Position numbers and translations under genes: made by a program | Shown here: piece after piece, positions 10,346 through 19,788 of the stretch | How positions within the stretch are numbered: the stretch's first letter is position 1 | Layout: every line of letters starts with the position of its first letter | Source of the DNA: Bacillota bacterium | GTDB taxonomy: Bacteria > Bacillota > Clostridia > Christensenellales > SZUA-584 | Assembly: GCA_023410595.1 (NCBI GenBank) | Contig: JAEYPO010000016.1 | Coordinates: 17,121-81,120, forward strand | Length of the DNA: 64,000 bases | Direction: 5' to 3' | Notes under the pieces: model-generated | Told to the model about the DNA's origin: nothing | Database searches by the model: none | Seen by the model: the letters and a program-made list of their open reading frames with translations, nothing else

Positions 10346-10818
10346 TTCGTTTCCCTATTGTTGTGTCCGCAGGCCGAAGGGTACACGACGTCGCCCTTTT
10401 TCAGCGACATAGGTATATGCGGCAGCCCCGCGTCCATAAACTCTTCGCCTGTTTCCTTAAACCCGAACTTTTTGTACATCTCTTTAATATAGACCTGCGC
10501 GTTTACGAAAAGCTCCTCCGCGCCCGAGTTGAACGCCTTGTATAAAAGCAGCCGCAGCGCGAGGTCTCCTATCAGCTGCCCTCTGTATTGCTTTCTCACC
10601 GCGAGGCGGCCTATGCGGAACACGCTGCCGTCGTGCCATATACGCCCCGTCGCGGCCGGCGTTTCGTCTACGTATACTATAAGATGCAGCGCCGCTTCGT
10701 CCATGCCGTCCCTGTCTTCGCTTTCGGGGCAGCCCTGCTCCTCTATGAACACCTCGCGCCGTATCATTAGCGGCTCGCTTATGTCTTCGTTCCCTGCCAG
10801 AAATGCGCTCGTAATCAT
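10342..10818 (-). CDS. GNAT family N-acetyltransferase
   Basis: 158 aa with the acetyl-CoA binding block RLAVRKQYRGQLIGDLALRLLL. 4-nt overlap (ATGA) with the downstream PHP gene. Confidence 0.75.
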   Translation of the reverse strand: MITSAFLAGNEDISEPLMIRREVFIEEQGCPESEDRDGMDEAALHLIVYVDETPAATGRIWHDGSVFRIGRLAVRKQYRGQLIGDLALRLLLYKAFNSGAEELFVNAQVYIKEMYKKFGFKETGEEFMDAGLPHIPMSLKKGDVVYPSACGHNNRETK

Positions 10819-10979
10819 GCCGTTCTCCTTTTACGTTTATAATACCAATATTTCCGGGCGAGCGGGGAGTGCGTGCTTAAGTTTCTTTCATATTTAGGTC
10901 TATGTGTCCGCGCGCTGACTCTTCCCGAAAGATCACATGCTCCTTCGTGGTACAAGGACGCCCTCCCCTGCAATTTTTT

Positions 10980-13001
10980 TCACGGCGTAAGCAGCGCCTT
11001 TGCTATATCGAATTTCACCGTTCCTTTTTCCGCCGCGGTATCCACCATCACGACGACTAATCTGTCGTAATTGCCGTCCATCCAGTACGCCGCATACCAC
11101 GATATCTCTCTCGCTTTGCTCTGGCCTATCTCCGCCGTACCCGTCTTTCCCGCTATCCTTATGCCGGGTATCTTTGCGGTATACGCCGTACCGTGGCTAA
11201 CTACATTCTCCAGCATAGGCAGCAGCGTCTGTACCGTGCTCTGCGAAACCGCGCCTTCCTTCCATACCTCGGGCTGCCTGTCCGTTACTGTAACATAGTC
11301 TATACCTTCCGTGCGCTTAGTTTCCTTAACGAGTATGGGCTTCATCATGTTGCCCGTGCCGTTCGCGAGAGCCGTATACATCACGGCGAGCTGCAAGGGC
11401 GTAACAATCAGGTTACCCTGGCCGTAGCCCATGTCCGCGAGAATCTTCTTGTTTATGCTTTCGTTCTCGTTTTTTATATTCGCATCTTTTACGGGCAGAT
11501 CGAACGGCACCGCTTCATCCATGCCTATACTATCAAGGTATTCTGTGAGTTTCTCTTCGCCCATTTTCATCGCAACATACGCGAAGTATATATTGTCCGA
11601 GCTTTTTATGGCGTTGGCAAGCTTTATAGGCCAGCCTGAATCGCTCACGCGCTTAATATACCAGCCGTTGCCCTCAGGGTACCACTTGTTTTCGGTTATC
11701 GTGCCTTCAAATTCCGTTTCGGGGGTTATTACGCCCCCTTCCAGCGCGGCCGCCGCGGTAAAGGGCTTGATAACGCTGCCCGGAGGGTAGCCGCCTTGCG
11801 TCGCCCACGGGAAAAGCGTCATAGTTTTAAACACGTCTTCAGGCACGGGGAACGTGAACAGGTTATCATCGTATGAAGGGTACGCAGTCATCGCCTCCAC
11901 ATGCCCCGTTTCCGCGTCCATGACTATAGCTACGCCCGTCTGCTCCGGCGTAAGGTAAGTCGTCAGCGCGTTGTACGCCCTTTGCTGCAGCTCGGGCTTT
12001 ATGGTGAGCCAAAGGTCCTGCCCCTGCTCGTCCTTGACTTCATACAACGTGCGTATGTTCTCGCCCCATTTGTTCTCAATATATACTATCTTACCGTCCT
12101 TACCGCGCAGCTGCTCCTCAAACGCCGACTCCAGCCCGGCCTTGCCCGCCTTGTCGGTGTCTTTGTACCCTTCCGGAACGTTTTCCGGGTCAACAAGCCC
12201 GGTGTAACCCGCTATCTGCGCCGCCGCTTCCTTGAGCGGGTAGTTGCGTATGGGCGTGTACATCTTATCGTCAATACCCAGCCCCGGCACGGCTTCTATG
12301 CTCTGCCGCTGCTGCTCAGTAAGCTTGTCGTGGAAATACGCGCCCAAAGGTATCGCCTGCGTGCCGTTCTTTACCGCCTTGTTGAACATGTCAACAAGCT
12401 CCGTCTGCGAAACGCCCGTTATCGGGCTAACCGCCGCCGCGACTGCTCCTATGTCCTGTACCTTAGCAATTTCCATGTATATCGTGTCCGCATAGGCGTT
12501 CTCGGCTATAAGCTCCCCGCCCGCTCCGAACATTTCGCCGCGCTGCGCCTTCAACGTTTTTACGCGCACGCCGCCGCCTTCCTCAAGGTCGGGGAATATC
12601 AGAGAATAGTCCCATAGCACGAGGCACTTATCCTCCTTAAAACCCGTCCTCAGCGTAAAGTCATTGGTAAAGTCTCCGTACTCCTCCGTCTTGTACGTTG
12701 CCGTATACGTAAACACTCCTATGTCGTCCGGGCCCGTTATGTTGTCTATGGATATCTCCTTAACGCCGAGTCCCTCCATTATATCGCTGTATTTCTTTAT
12801 GAACGCCTCTTCCTTTATCTTTACGGCGGGAGCGCAAAGCGAATACATTGTCTTGTAATCCTTTGCCTTGAAGCTCTCAATATATTGCGTTATATCGCTC
12901 TTGGAAAAATCGTAAGGTTTGCCCACCTGCGCGCATGAGCACAAGAAAACGCAGGCAATAAAGGCTGATATAATCTTAATAATACTACGCTTCATTTTCA
13001 T
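10980..13001 (-). CDS. class B penicillin-binding protein (transpeptidase) with lipoprotein signal and NTF2-like N-terminal domain
   Basis: 673 aa. The lipobox is FLCSC. The three transpeptidase motifs are present: SVIKPF (SxxK), SSDN (SxN) and KTGTAE (KTG). Confidence 0.85.
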   Translation of the reverse strand: MKMKRSIIKIISAFIACVFLCSCAQVGKPYDFSKSDITQYIESFKAKDYKTMYSLCAPAVKIKEEAFIKKYSDIMEGLGVKEISIDNITGPDDIGVFTYTATYKTEEYGDFTNDFTLRTGFKEDKCLVLWDYSLIFPDLEEGGGVRVKTLKAQRGEMFGAGGELIAENAYADTIYMEIAKVQDIGAVAAAVSPITGVSQTELVDMFNKAVKNGTQAIPLGAYFHDKLTEQQRQSIEAVPGLGIDDKMYTPIRNYPLKEAAAQIAGYTGLVDPENVPEGYKDTDKAGKAGLESAFEEQLRGKDGKIVYIENKWGENIRTLYEVKDEQGQDLWLTIKPELQQRAYNALTTYLTPEQTGVAIVMDAETGHVEAMTAYPSYDDNLFTFPVPEDVFKTMTLFPWATQGGYPPGSVIKPFTAAAALEGGVITPETEFEGTITENKWYPEGNGWYIKRVSDSGWPIKLANAIKSSDNIYFAYVAMKMGEEKLTEYLDSIGMDEAVPFDLPVKDANIKNENESINKKILADMGYGQGNLIVTPLQLAVMYTALANGTGNMMKPILVKETKRTEGIDYVTVTDRQPEVWKEGAVSQSTVQTLLPMLENVVSHGTAYTAKIPGIRIAGKTGTAEIGQSKAREISWYAAYWMDGNYDRLVVVMVDTAAEKGTVKFDIAKALLTP

Positions 13002-13238
13002 GGGGATATTATACTATGTGCTTTGTGTCATTGTACAGAAATACCCAAAATTAAGGTTTCGAAAGTTTACATTTAACACATCCCCCGCCGGAGCGTCAGA
13101 TGCTTCCATGCCGCGTATTTATTATCATTGCAGCATATAACAGAGTTTTTGTCTGTTTGCTACTATAAATACTATTTAATGTTGTAATATGTAATATATA
13201 TGCTATAATTGGTATAGCATAATCAAGAGGTAACGTAT

Positions 13239-13508
13239 ATGTCGGTAAAAATAGTATCGTGCGATCTGAAAGGCCCCCGACAGTACTACAGGAGCCTTAT
13301 CAGCGCTATTGAAGCGTATGAAAACGTAAAGATGACGGATTCTTTCTGGTTCTTAAACACCGAGGAGGACTGTGATTATATTTATAAGAACCTCGAGATC
13401 TATCTTGAAAAAGACGACCGGCTTCTGATACAGGACCTTAAAGGGGAAGAGATCGTCGGCAGCAACCTTTTATCCACCGAGGAACAGCTGCAAACACTAT
13501 TCCAATGA
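13239..13508 (+). CDS. small hypothetical protein (89 aa) in an AT-rich pocket
   Basis: RBS AGAGG lies 8 nt before the ATG. Upstream are TTGTAA, a 16-nt spacer and an extended -10 TGCTATAAT (about 13178-13208). The gene is compositionally AT-rich compared with its neighbours. I recognise no family. Confidence 0.5.
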   Translation: MSVKIVSCDLKGPRQYYRSLISAIEAYENVKMTDSFWFLNTEEDCDYIYKNLEIYLEKDDRLLIQDLKGEEIVGSNLLSTEEQLQTLFQ

Positions 13509-13569
13509 TATTCCATTACCACCGGCAAGCCTCACGTATTGCCAGTGACCCGTATGAAAAAAGAGCGCT

Positions 13570-14067
13570 TTAAGCGCCCTTTATCTTCTGACCTTCTTTG
13601 GATATCCGCATCAGCGCCTTGTCTATCGCCTCGGATATCTGGTCCCTCGCCTCGCGGTAAACGTCTATATCTTCCTTATAAGGATCGGTTATATCGAACC
13701 CCGCTTCGCCGGGATATCCGTCCACGCCCTGCGCGTACCCTAAGAGCGTGTGCATCTTGTGCTCCTCGTCGGGAGCCATTGCTTCCATTTCCTCTATGTG
13801 CCTTGCTTCCATGGCGAGTATTATATCAGCCCATTCCGCGAGCTCTTTTGTAAACTGCTGGGCCTTGTGTTTCTCCAGGTCAAGACCCAACTCCTGCATC
13901 ACTTCTATAGCCTCTTCGGACGCCGGCTCTCCCTCGCAGGCGAATGTTCCGGCCGAATCGAATGAAATGTCGTCATAGTGAATACTTCGGCCAGCCGCAT
14001 CGTCTGCAACTTCTTCCGCCATTGGACTTCTGCATGTATTGCCCGTACATACAAAAAGAACGTTCAT
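13570..14067 (-). CDS. low-molecular-weight phosphatase, YwlE-type (probable protein-arginine phosphatase)
   Basis: 165 aa. The active-site loop VCTGNTCRSPMAE is identical to that of B. subtilis YwlE, including the Thr in CTGNTCRS. Adjacent to the ywlC/tsaC homolog, as in Bacillus. Confidence 0.85.
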   Translation of the reverse strand: MNVLFVCTGNTCRSPMAEEVADDAAGRSIHYDDISFDSAGTFACEGEPASEEAIEVMQELGLDLEKHKAQQFTKELAEWADIILAMEARHIEEMEAMAPDEEHKMHTLLGYAQGVDGYPGEAGFDITDPYKEDIDVYREARDQISEAIDKALMRISKEGQKIKGA

Positions 14068-14077
14068 GAACTTCCTC

Positions 14078-15097
14078 CTAAACCTTAACTATATTATATG
14101 CAGCCGCTTTGTAAACCCTGTTCATAACGGCAAATCCTATACCTGTCTTCGGTATGGCCTCGAAATATATGCCGGTATACGACTTTTCGTCCGCTTCGCG
14201 CAGCAAGCCGTAAAGACTCCTTGCCGCCTCGCGCGGGTCGTCAATGCTTCCCGTAACAACAACTTCCCTTTTGCCGTAATACTTTCTGTTCTCACGGCTG
14301 ACCATAACAAGGGGGCTGTCCCCCTTTTTCACGTCCTTGTCGTAAAGGTACTTGATTGCTTCCGACACGGACGTTTCGCTGCCTTCCACCACCGTTATCG
14401 GCGCTTTGGGCGCGTAGTGCCTGTACTTCATGCCCGGCGCGGGCGGCGGCCCGTCGCCCGCGAACGAAGCGGAAGCGGCCTGCGCATCGCCAAGGCACTC
14501 TTTTATCATATCGAGCGTAATCGCCCCCGGCCTTAGTATCACGGGAACGTCCTTCGTCATATCGACAACAGTCGACTCAACGCCTATGCTGCATTCACCG
14601 GCGTCGAGTATCAGTAATTCGTCGCCGAAGTCGCTCCTCACATGCCCGGCGCTAGTGGGGCTCGGGCTGCCCGATTTGTTCGCGCTGGGCGCCGCTATGG
14701 GCACGCCCGACGCGGATATGAGCGAGAGCGCGGCGTCGCTGTCCGGCATTCTCACGCCCACGGTATCGAGCCCCGCCGATACCGATTTCGGTATGCCAAC
14801 GCCAGGAAGCACCATAGTAAGCGGCCCCGGCCAGTACGCGGCCGCCAGTTTTTCCGCCTTGTCGTTGAACTCCGCTATCTGACGGGCGGCTACAGTCGAA
14901 TCCACATGGACTATCAAAGGGTTGTCCTGCGGCCTTCCCTTCATTTCGAATATACGCCTTACAGCGTTTTCGTCGAGCGCGTTAGCGCCGAGGCCGTAAA
15001 CCGTCTCGGTTGGAAAAGCGACGAGCCCGCCGTTTCTTATCACTTCCGCCGCTTTTAATATATTTTCTTTATATTCACCGTTCAAATGCAATATCAT
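14078..15097 (-). CDS. tsaC: L-threonylcarbamoyladenylate synthase (Sua5/YwlC type)
   Basis: 339 aa with the YrdC-domain block GGLVAFPTETVYGLGANA plus a C-terminal Sua5 domain. Confidence 0.9.
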   Translation of the reverse strand: MILHLNGEYKENILKAAEVIRNGGLVAFPTETVYGLGANALDENAVRRIFEMKGRPQDNPLIVHVDSTVAARQIAEFNDKAEKLAAAYWPGPLTMVLPGVGIPKSVSAGLDTVGVRMPDSDAALSLISASGVPIAAPSANKSGSPSPTSAGHVRSDFGDELLILDAGECSIGVESTVVDMTKDVPVILRPGAITLDMIKECLGDAQAASASFAGDGPPPAPGMKYRHYAPKAPITVVEGSETSVSEAIKYLYDKDVKKGDSPLVMVSRENRKYYGKREVVVTGSIDDPREAARSLYGLLREADEKSYTGIYFEAIPKTGIGFAVMNRVYKAAAYNIVKV

Positions 15098-15175
15098 CTA
15101 TATTTTTTTATTTTACACTGGTAATAATAAAAAAGCAATATTTGCCGTCTCTTCAGGCTTCCTTAAGGGGCTTGC

Positions 15176-15910
15176 CTAAAGGCTTGCCAGTTCTATGTCG
15201 CCTATAGCGCCGCATTTGCCGCCGACTATAGCGACGGCGCCCATTACGCCTTCTATGGCGTAAACGGTTTTTAGCGCGCTTTGTATGTCGTCTTCTGTTT
15301 TGAGCTCGTTGCCCAGCCTTGTGGCGCATGCGTCCGCAAGGCACGCGTCGCGCGAAACGACTGCGGCAGCGTCCGCGTTGCCAAAGCTAAGCGACGGCCC
15401 CACCGTGCCCGACGACGTGCATATGGAAACGGGCATTTCCCGGGAATCCGCCTTTATGCCAACCTTCATATTTAAAGGGCTAGCCCCCGCGTATACCGCG
15501 ACGGTGCGCATATCGCCCGTCTTCATGTATATGTCGCCGCCGTTTTCCACGATAACCTTATCGGTATGTTTTAGCAGTTCGTCCGCTACGCAGGCCGAAA
15601 ACGCGCCCGCCACCGCAGCCATAGGCCCGACGGCTGCGGCTTTGCCCGCCGCGCACATCGCGGCAATTATTGCGTTCGCGCCCGCTTCCGGCTCAAGCGG
15701 CGAAAGCGCCGTCTTGAATTCCGGGTACTTTTCTATGTATTCGTCCAGCACGCGCCGCAATTTAAGCACGGCGGCAAGCGCCTCTTCTTTAAGCTCGCGC
15801 CCCGCGCATATGAGCAGCTCCGTCTCGAGGTGCTGCATTCGCCAGCATTCAAGGTCGGATACTACCCTGTTCCTGTATACGTCCCTGTCGGTATAATCAG
15901 AGGGCTTCAT
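15176..15910 (-). CDS. UPF0280 / ApbE-like protein (COG2122-type)
   Basis: 244 aa with the GPMAAVAGA block typical of ApbE-superfamily UPF0280 proteins. It overlaps the NIL-ferredoxin gene by 14 nt. Confidence 0.7.
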   Translation of the reverse strand: MKPSDYTDRDVYRNRVVSDLECWRMQHLETELLICAGRELKEEALAAVLKLRRVLDEYIEKYPEFKTALSPLEPEAGANAIIAAMCAAGKAAAVGPMAAVAGAFSACVADELLKHTDKVIVENGGDIYMKTGDMRTVAVYAGASPLNMKVGIKADSREMPVSICTSSGTVGPSLSFGNADAAAVVSRDACLADACATRLGNELKTEDDIQSALKTVYAIEGVMGAVAIVGGKCGAIGDIELASL

Positions 15911-16319
15911 CTTCGAAGTTCTTTATTGCTCTCGCGGGACAGGCGCGCACGCAATACCCGCACAGCACGCACTTGTCCATATCGAATTCCAGCTCCCACG
16001 TCTGCTGGTTCATCGTTAGCGCTCCCGTCGGGCAAACGGACGTGCACGCTCCGCAGTGCACGCACTTTTCCTCGTATCTTAACACGCTGTCCGAAAACAC
16101 CGTGACTTCGATGTCTTCACGCTTCAAAAAATCTATGCCCTTGTTTACATCCCGCTCGCTGCCGGAAAGCTCTAAAACCATATGCCCCGTCTTGCCGGGC
16201 GAGATATAGGCGCGCAGTATGTTGAAATCGAGGCCGAACCCTACTAGCACGGTCACGACTGGTCTGTTAGCTTTTTCAGGCGGAAACTTAAGCCCTACCT
16301 TCACGCTTGTCTGTTTCAT
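15897..16319 (-). CDS. NIL-domain / 2x[4Fe-4S] ferredoxin protein
   Basis: 140 aa. An N-terminal NIL-like domain is followed by two cluster motifs, CVHCGACTSVCP and CVLCGYCVRACP. 4-nt overlap with the upstream COG1900 gene. Confidence 0.8.
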   Translation of the reverse strand: MKQTSVKVGLKFPPEKANRPVVTVLVGFGLDFNILRAYISPGKTGHMVLELSGSERDVNKGIDFLKREDIEVTVFSDSVLRYEEKCVHCGACTSVCPTGALTMNQQTWELEFDMDKCVLCGYCVRACPARAIKNFEDEAL

Positions 16320-17473
16320 TTGTTACCCCTCTTCAGCACGTTTAAGCTCTTCCTGTGCGGCAGCATGGACGCGGGCCGCGTCATTACGAACTCGCCGTTT
16401 AATAGCTTGGCTTTCAGTTCGTCCGCTATCTTTCTCGCCTTAAACAGGCTGGAAAGCGGCGCCGTCTTTATCTTCCTGCCCTCAATCTCCACCTCACCCG
16501 AGCGCAGCTCGGCGTATGAAACGGTCTTTATCACCTTTCTCGAGCGCTCGCTGTAGCCGTAGTCGTATATGTTCGTGTAAAGATGCTCATTGGATACCGC
16601 GAGGTCGGCCATCATGTCTTCGTCAATAACGGGCAGCGGTATGCCTATGCCGACATACAGCGTGCAGCCGTAGCCTTCAAAAGTCGCCGCTTTTATATAC
16701 TCGCTCTTCATGCCCTTTAAATCGCCTATCACAGCAAGCGTATAGCCCGCGTAAGTCTTGTCTCCGTTTTCGAGTTTCGTAACTCCGTTTACTGCCTGCG
16801 TGCCTTCAAACGCGACAAACCCCTCGCCGCCGCACAACAGTATCTTAGTGCCTATGCCTATTGTGCGCAGATTAGGGTCTTTTAGCAACGGCGACAGTTC
16901 GCCCGCCGTCGTGTACGTCACATTTCCCATGCGCGGCAGCAGCGTGCCCATGTAGGTGCGTTTAATGGAGCTTGTGGTGTTCGTTGCCGCCGAGTAGTTC
17001 TGATATGCGTTCCTCGGGTTGAAAAGGTACGCCTGATTTAAGTCCTTCAGCCTTAGCTTAGACTTGAACTCCTTCGTTATATAGCAGTCCGTGCCTCCCG
17101 AGCGCGCTTCGAGCGCTATCTCCTTGCCCGCGATAAGATCTTCTATGACATGCGCGCCGCCGTACTCTATGCCGGTGTCGCGCCCCGGCTGTGTCGCGCC
17201 TATGTATGTGTCGACCGCCGCGAGGCCGCCGTACGCCTCAACGCCGTTCAGAGTTATCTCGGCCATGCGTATGGGCGGGTCGCTATGCCCGAAGTTAAGC
17301 ACCGCTCCCGACGAGCACATCGCGCCGAACGTAGCGCTTGTCACTACGTCTATCTCGCTCGCGCACTTCTTGACGCCCTGCTCTTTGGCCATGCTCACCG
17401 CTTCCTCAGCGGTAAACACCACAGCCTTGCCCTTCTTTAGCTTCTCGTTGATCTCTTCGATTGTTTTAGCCAC
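16316..17473 (-). CDS. COG1900 (DUF39) homocysteine-biosynthesis-type protein
   Basis: Resembles the COG1900 family (...KAVVFTAEE...IDVVTSATFGAMCSSGA...). Start set at GTG 17473 because GGAGG lies 8 nt upstream. The ORF-track TTG at 17488 overlaps that RBS. Confidence 0.8.
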   Translation of the reverse strand: MAKTIEEINEKLKKGKAVVFTAEEAVSMAKEQGVKKCASEIDVVTSATFGAMCSSGAVLNFGHSDPPIRMAEITLNGVEAYGGLAAVDTYIGATQPGRDTGIEYGGAHVIEDLIAGKEIALEARSGGTDCYITKEFKSKLRLKDLNQAYLFNPRNAYQNYSAATNTTSSIKRTYMGTLLPRMGNVTYTTAGELSPLLKDPNLRTIGIGTKILLCGGEGFVAFEGTQAVNGVTKLENGDKTYAGYTLAVIGDLKGMKSEYIKAATFEGYGCTLYVGIGIPLPVIDEDMMADLAVSNEHLYTNIYDYGYSERSRKVIKTVSYAELRSGEVEIEGRKIKTAPLSSLFKARKIADELKAKLLNGEFVMTRPASMLPHRKSLNVLKRGNK

Positions 17474-17754
17474 CGCAACAGCCTCCAAAACTCTATGTAT
17501 AAATTATAAATTAATCTGCAAATATTAATAAGTTATTGTACTACTTTTCGCCGTGAGTCACAACCGTATATTTTAACCATAGACAGGCTAATGTGTAATG
17601 TGTTTTGGCTGTTAACAGTTAATACAGCGCAATTGTTACATCTTGTTATACCAACCAGAGAATAAATTCATTGCATTGTTATATGTGTTTTTGATAAGTT
17701 CTCTGGCAGCGCCTGCTTAGAAGGGCATGCTTTATACCTTTTACCGCCATCATG

Positions 17755-17783
17755 TTGAAAAAACCGCTTTCAGGCCTTATAAT
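17755..17783 (+). promoter_or_regulatory. sigma-A type promoter for ychF
   Basis: TTGAAA (17755-17760), a 17-nt spacer, then TATAAT (17778-17783), about 30 nt upstream of the ychF ATG. Confidence 0.5.
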
Positions 17784-17813
17784 ACTTGCATTATCTGAAA
17801 CAAGGGTGAAAAC

Positions 17814-18905
17814 ATGAAACTTGGCATCGTAGGCCTGCCCAATGTGGGCAAATCGTCGCTTTTTAACGCGCTGACCTGCTCGGGCGCGGCGAGCGAGAAC
17901 TATCCATTCTGCACAATAGACCCAAATATAGGCATCGTTTCCGTGCCGGACGAGCGCTTGGACTTTCTGGCGGATATGTACCATCCAGTTAAATTCACGC
18001 CGGCCATAATAGAGTTCGTGGACATAGCGGGATTAGTCAAGGGTGCGAGCAAGGGTGAGGGACTGGGCAATAGATTCCTGTCGCATATACGAGAGGTGGA
18101 CGCAATACTCCATGTCGTGCGCTGCTTTGAGAGCGGCGACGTAACGCACGTCGAAGGAAGTGTCGGCGCCGTGCGGGACGCCGAGACCGTGAACTTCGAG
18201 CTTATATTCGCCGATATGGAGACAATAGAAAAGCGCCTCTTAAAGTCGTCGAAGATGATAAAGTCGGGCGACAAGAAATATAAGCAGGAATGCGACGCTC
18301 TCGAAAAGGTAAAAGCAAACCTCGAAAAGGGCATATTTATAAGCGGCATGGACTTAGAAGATTTCGAGCGCGAAATAATATCCGAGCTGTTTTTATTGAC
18401 GGACAAGCCCATACTTTATGTCGCGAACGTATCGGAGGACGACGCCGCAGGAACGGACAACCCCCAGGTAGAAGCCCTCAAATCAATCGCCGCTTCTCAG
18501 AACGCCGAGGTAATGGTCGTGTGCGCCAAGCTCGAGGAGGAGCTTTCAAAGCTCGAGCCGGACGAGCGCGACATGTTTTTGCATGAGATGGGCATAGAGC
18601 GCAGCGGCCTTGCGACGCTGGTACAGAAAAGCTATAAGCTGCTTAGCCTTATCAGCTTTCTGACGGCGGGCAAGGACGAGGTACGCGCGTGGACGATTAA
18701 AAACGGCACTAAGGCGCCGCAAGCCGCGGGCAAGATACACACAGATTTCGAGCGCGGCTTCATACGCGCGGAGATAGTGGGCTTTGAAGATTTAAAAGCG
18801 TGCGGCGACATGGCAGCCGCCAAGGCTAAAGGCCTCGTGCGCCAGGAGGGCAAGGAATACGTTATGCGGGACGGCGACGTCACGCTTTTCAGGTTTAATG
18901 TGTAA
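17814..18905 (+). CDS. ychF: ribosome-binding ATPase YchF
   Basis: 363 aa with the P-loop [15 protein letters not shown], the YchF-specific coiled insert and the C-terminal TGS-like end ...DGDVTLFRFNV. Confidence 0.95.
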   Translation: MKLGIVGLPNVGKSSLFNALTCSGAASENYPFCTIDPNIGIVSVPDERLDFLADMYHPVKFTPAIIEFVDIAGLVKGASKGEGLGNRFLSHIREVDAILHVVRCFESGDVTHVEGSVGAVRDAETVNFELIFADMETIEKRLLKSSKMIKSGDKKYKQECDALEKVKANLEKGIFISGMDLEDFEREIISELFLLTDKPILYVANVSEDDAAGTDNPQVEALKSIAASQNAEVMVVCAKLEEELSKLEPDERDMFLHEMGIERSGLATLVQKSYKLLSLISFLTAGKDEVRAWTIKNGTKAPQAAGKIHTDFERGFIRAEIVGFEDLKACGDMAAAKAKGLVRQEGKEYVMRDGDVTLFRFNV

Positions 18906-19106
18906 ATACCGAAATACGATGCATGACTATAAAAGACTACTGACATACGGCTGGACGAAACGAAACAACGTAAACTATTGTTCGCTGAGCCTTGACGGGA
19001 TCGGCTAACGTGCCGCCGCAATTGGCAAGCGGCAATTTTATTGATATAATCGATATAATATAATGAGATCAAGGCACACGACAGATAATTTGAATGGGGT
19101 GGAGTT

Positions 19107-19670
19107 TTGTTGAGCAGAATACCTTGGAATATACCTAACATACTTACAATGGTCAGGTTTTTACTTATACCTGTGGCAGTGGTGCTCGTGTATTTCGGCA
19201 TCACTATACCGGCGCTCGTAGTGTTTCTCACGGCGTGCATAACCGACCTGCTCGACGGTTATATCGCCCGCAAATACGACCTTAAGACAAGCGAAGGCAC
19301 GCTGCTCGACCCTCTTGCCGACAAGCTTATGGCCATATTCGTTATTGTGGCGTTTACAGTAACGGGCGTGGTGCCGCTATTTATACTCATAATACTGCTC
19401 GTTAAAGAGCTGCTGATGATAGGCGGCGGCATATTCCTTTACTTCCGCGATATCGTGGCGCCCGCGAACGTATTCGGCAAGATAGCGGCTTTTATATTAA
19501 ACACCGCCATAGCTTTTACGTTCCTGCACGAATACGTCGCGCCGTGGCACGTTTACTTTCTCTGTTTCGCGCTCGGCCTTATGATATTTGCGCTGCTGCA
19601 ATACGCTTACCTAAATATGTACAAAAAGCTCAAGGGCAGGAAGGACGCTGATAAATTAAAATCTGCATAA
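19107..19670 (+). CDS. pgsA: CDP-diacylglycerol--glycerol-3-phosphate 3-phosphatidyltransferase
   Basis: 187 aa with the CDP-alcohol phosphatidyltransferase motif DLLDGYIARKYDLKTSEGTLLDPLADK. TTG start. Confidence 0.85.
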   Translation: MLSRIPWNIPNILTMVRFLLIPVAVVLVYFGITIPALVVFLTACITDLLDGYIARKYDLKTSEGTLLDPLADKLMAIFVIVAFTVTGVVPLFILIILLVKELLMIGGGIFLYFRDIVAPANVFGKIAAFILNTAIAFTFLHEYVAPWHVYFLCFALGLMIFALLQYAYLNMYKKLKGRKDADKLKSA

Positions 19671-19740
19671 ATTCTTCTATTTTAGTATACAGCCAAGCTG
19701 CATTATTACATAAACAAATAACATAAAGCTTAGTAATATA

Positions 19741-19764
19741 AAAGGGCCGCCGCGGCAGCCCTTT
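19741..19764. terminator. bidirectional hairpin between convergent pgsA and hpf
   Basis: AAAGGGCCGCCGCGGCAGCCCTTT: a GC-rich near-palindrome with an A-run on one side and a T-run on the other. Confidence 0.5.
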
Positions 19765-19788
19765 GTTTATATCTGTTTCTTATAGTCT

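Noticed and set aside
17474-17813. Possible SAM/S-box riboswitch upstream of the homocysteine-type operon
   Set aside because: I read both strands and found none of the S-box core strings (for example the TTATCAAGAGAGG...GAGGGA...GGCCC pattern). Part of the region is explained by the ychF promoter. It is worth an Rfam scan but is not supportable by eye.
18962-18974. The 13-mer GAAACAACGTAAA shared between 18962-18974 and 31138-31150
   Set aside because: The flanks diverge immediately. The second copy is part of an ordinary terminator context. The match is too short to separate from chance. It is noted only because the first copy adjoins a weak relative of the repeat family.
18632-19240. 202-aa minus-strand ORF bridging ychF and pgsA
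   Set aside because: It overlaps two confident plus-strand genes and their intergenic terminator. No family resemblance.
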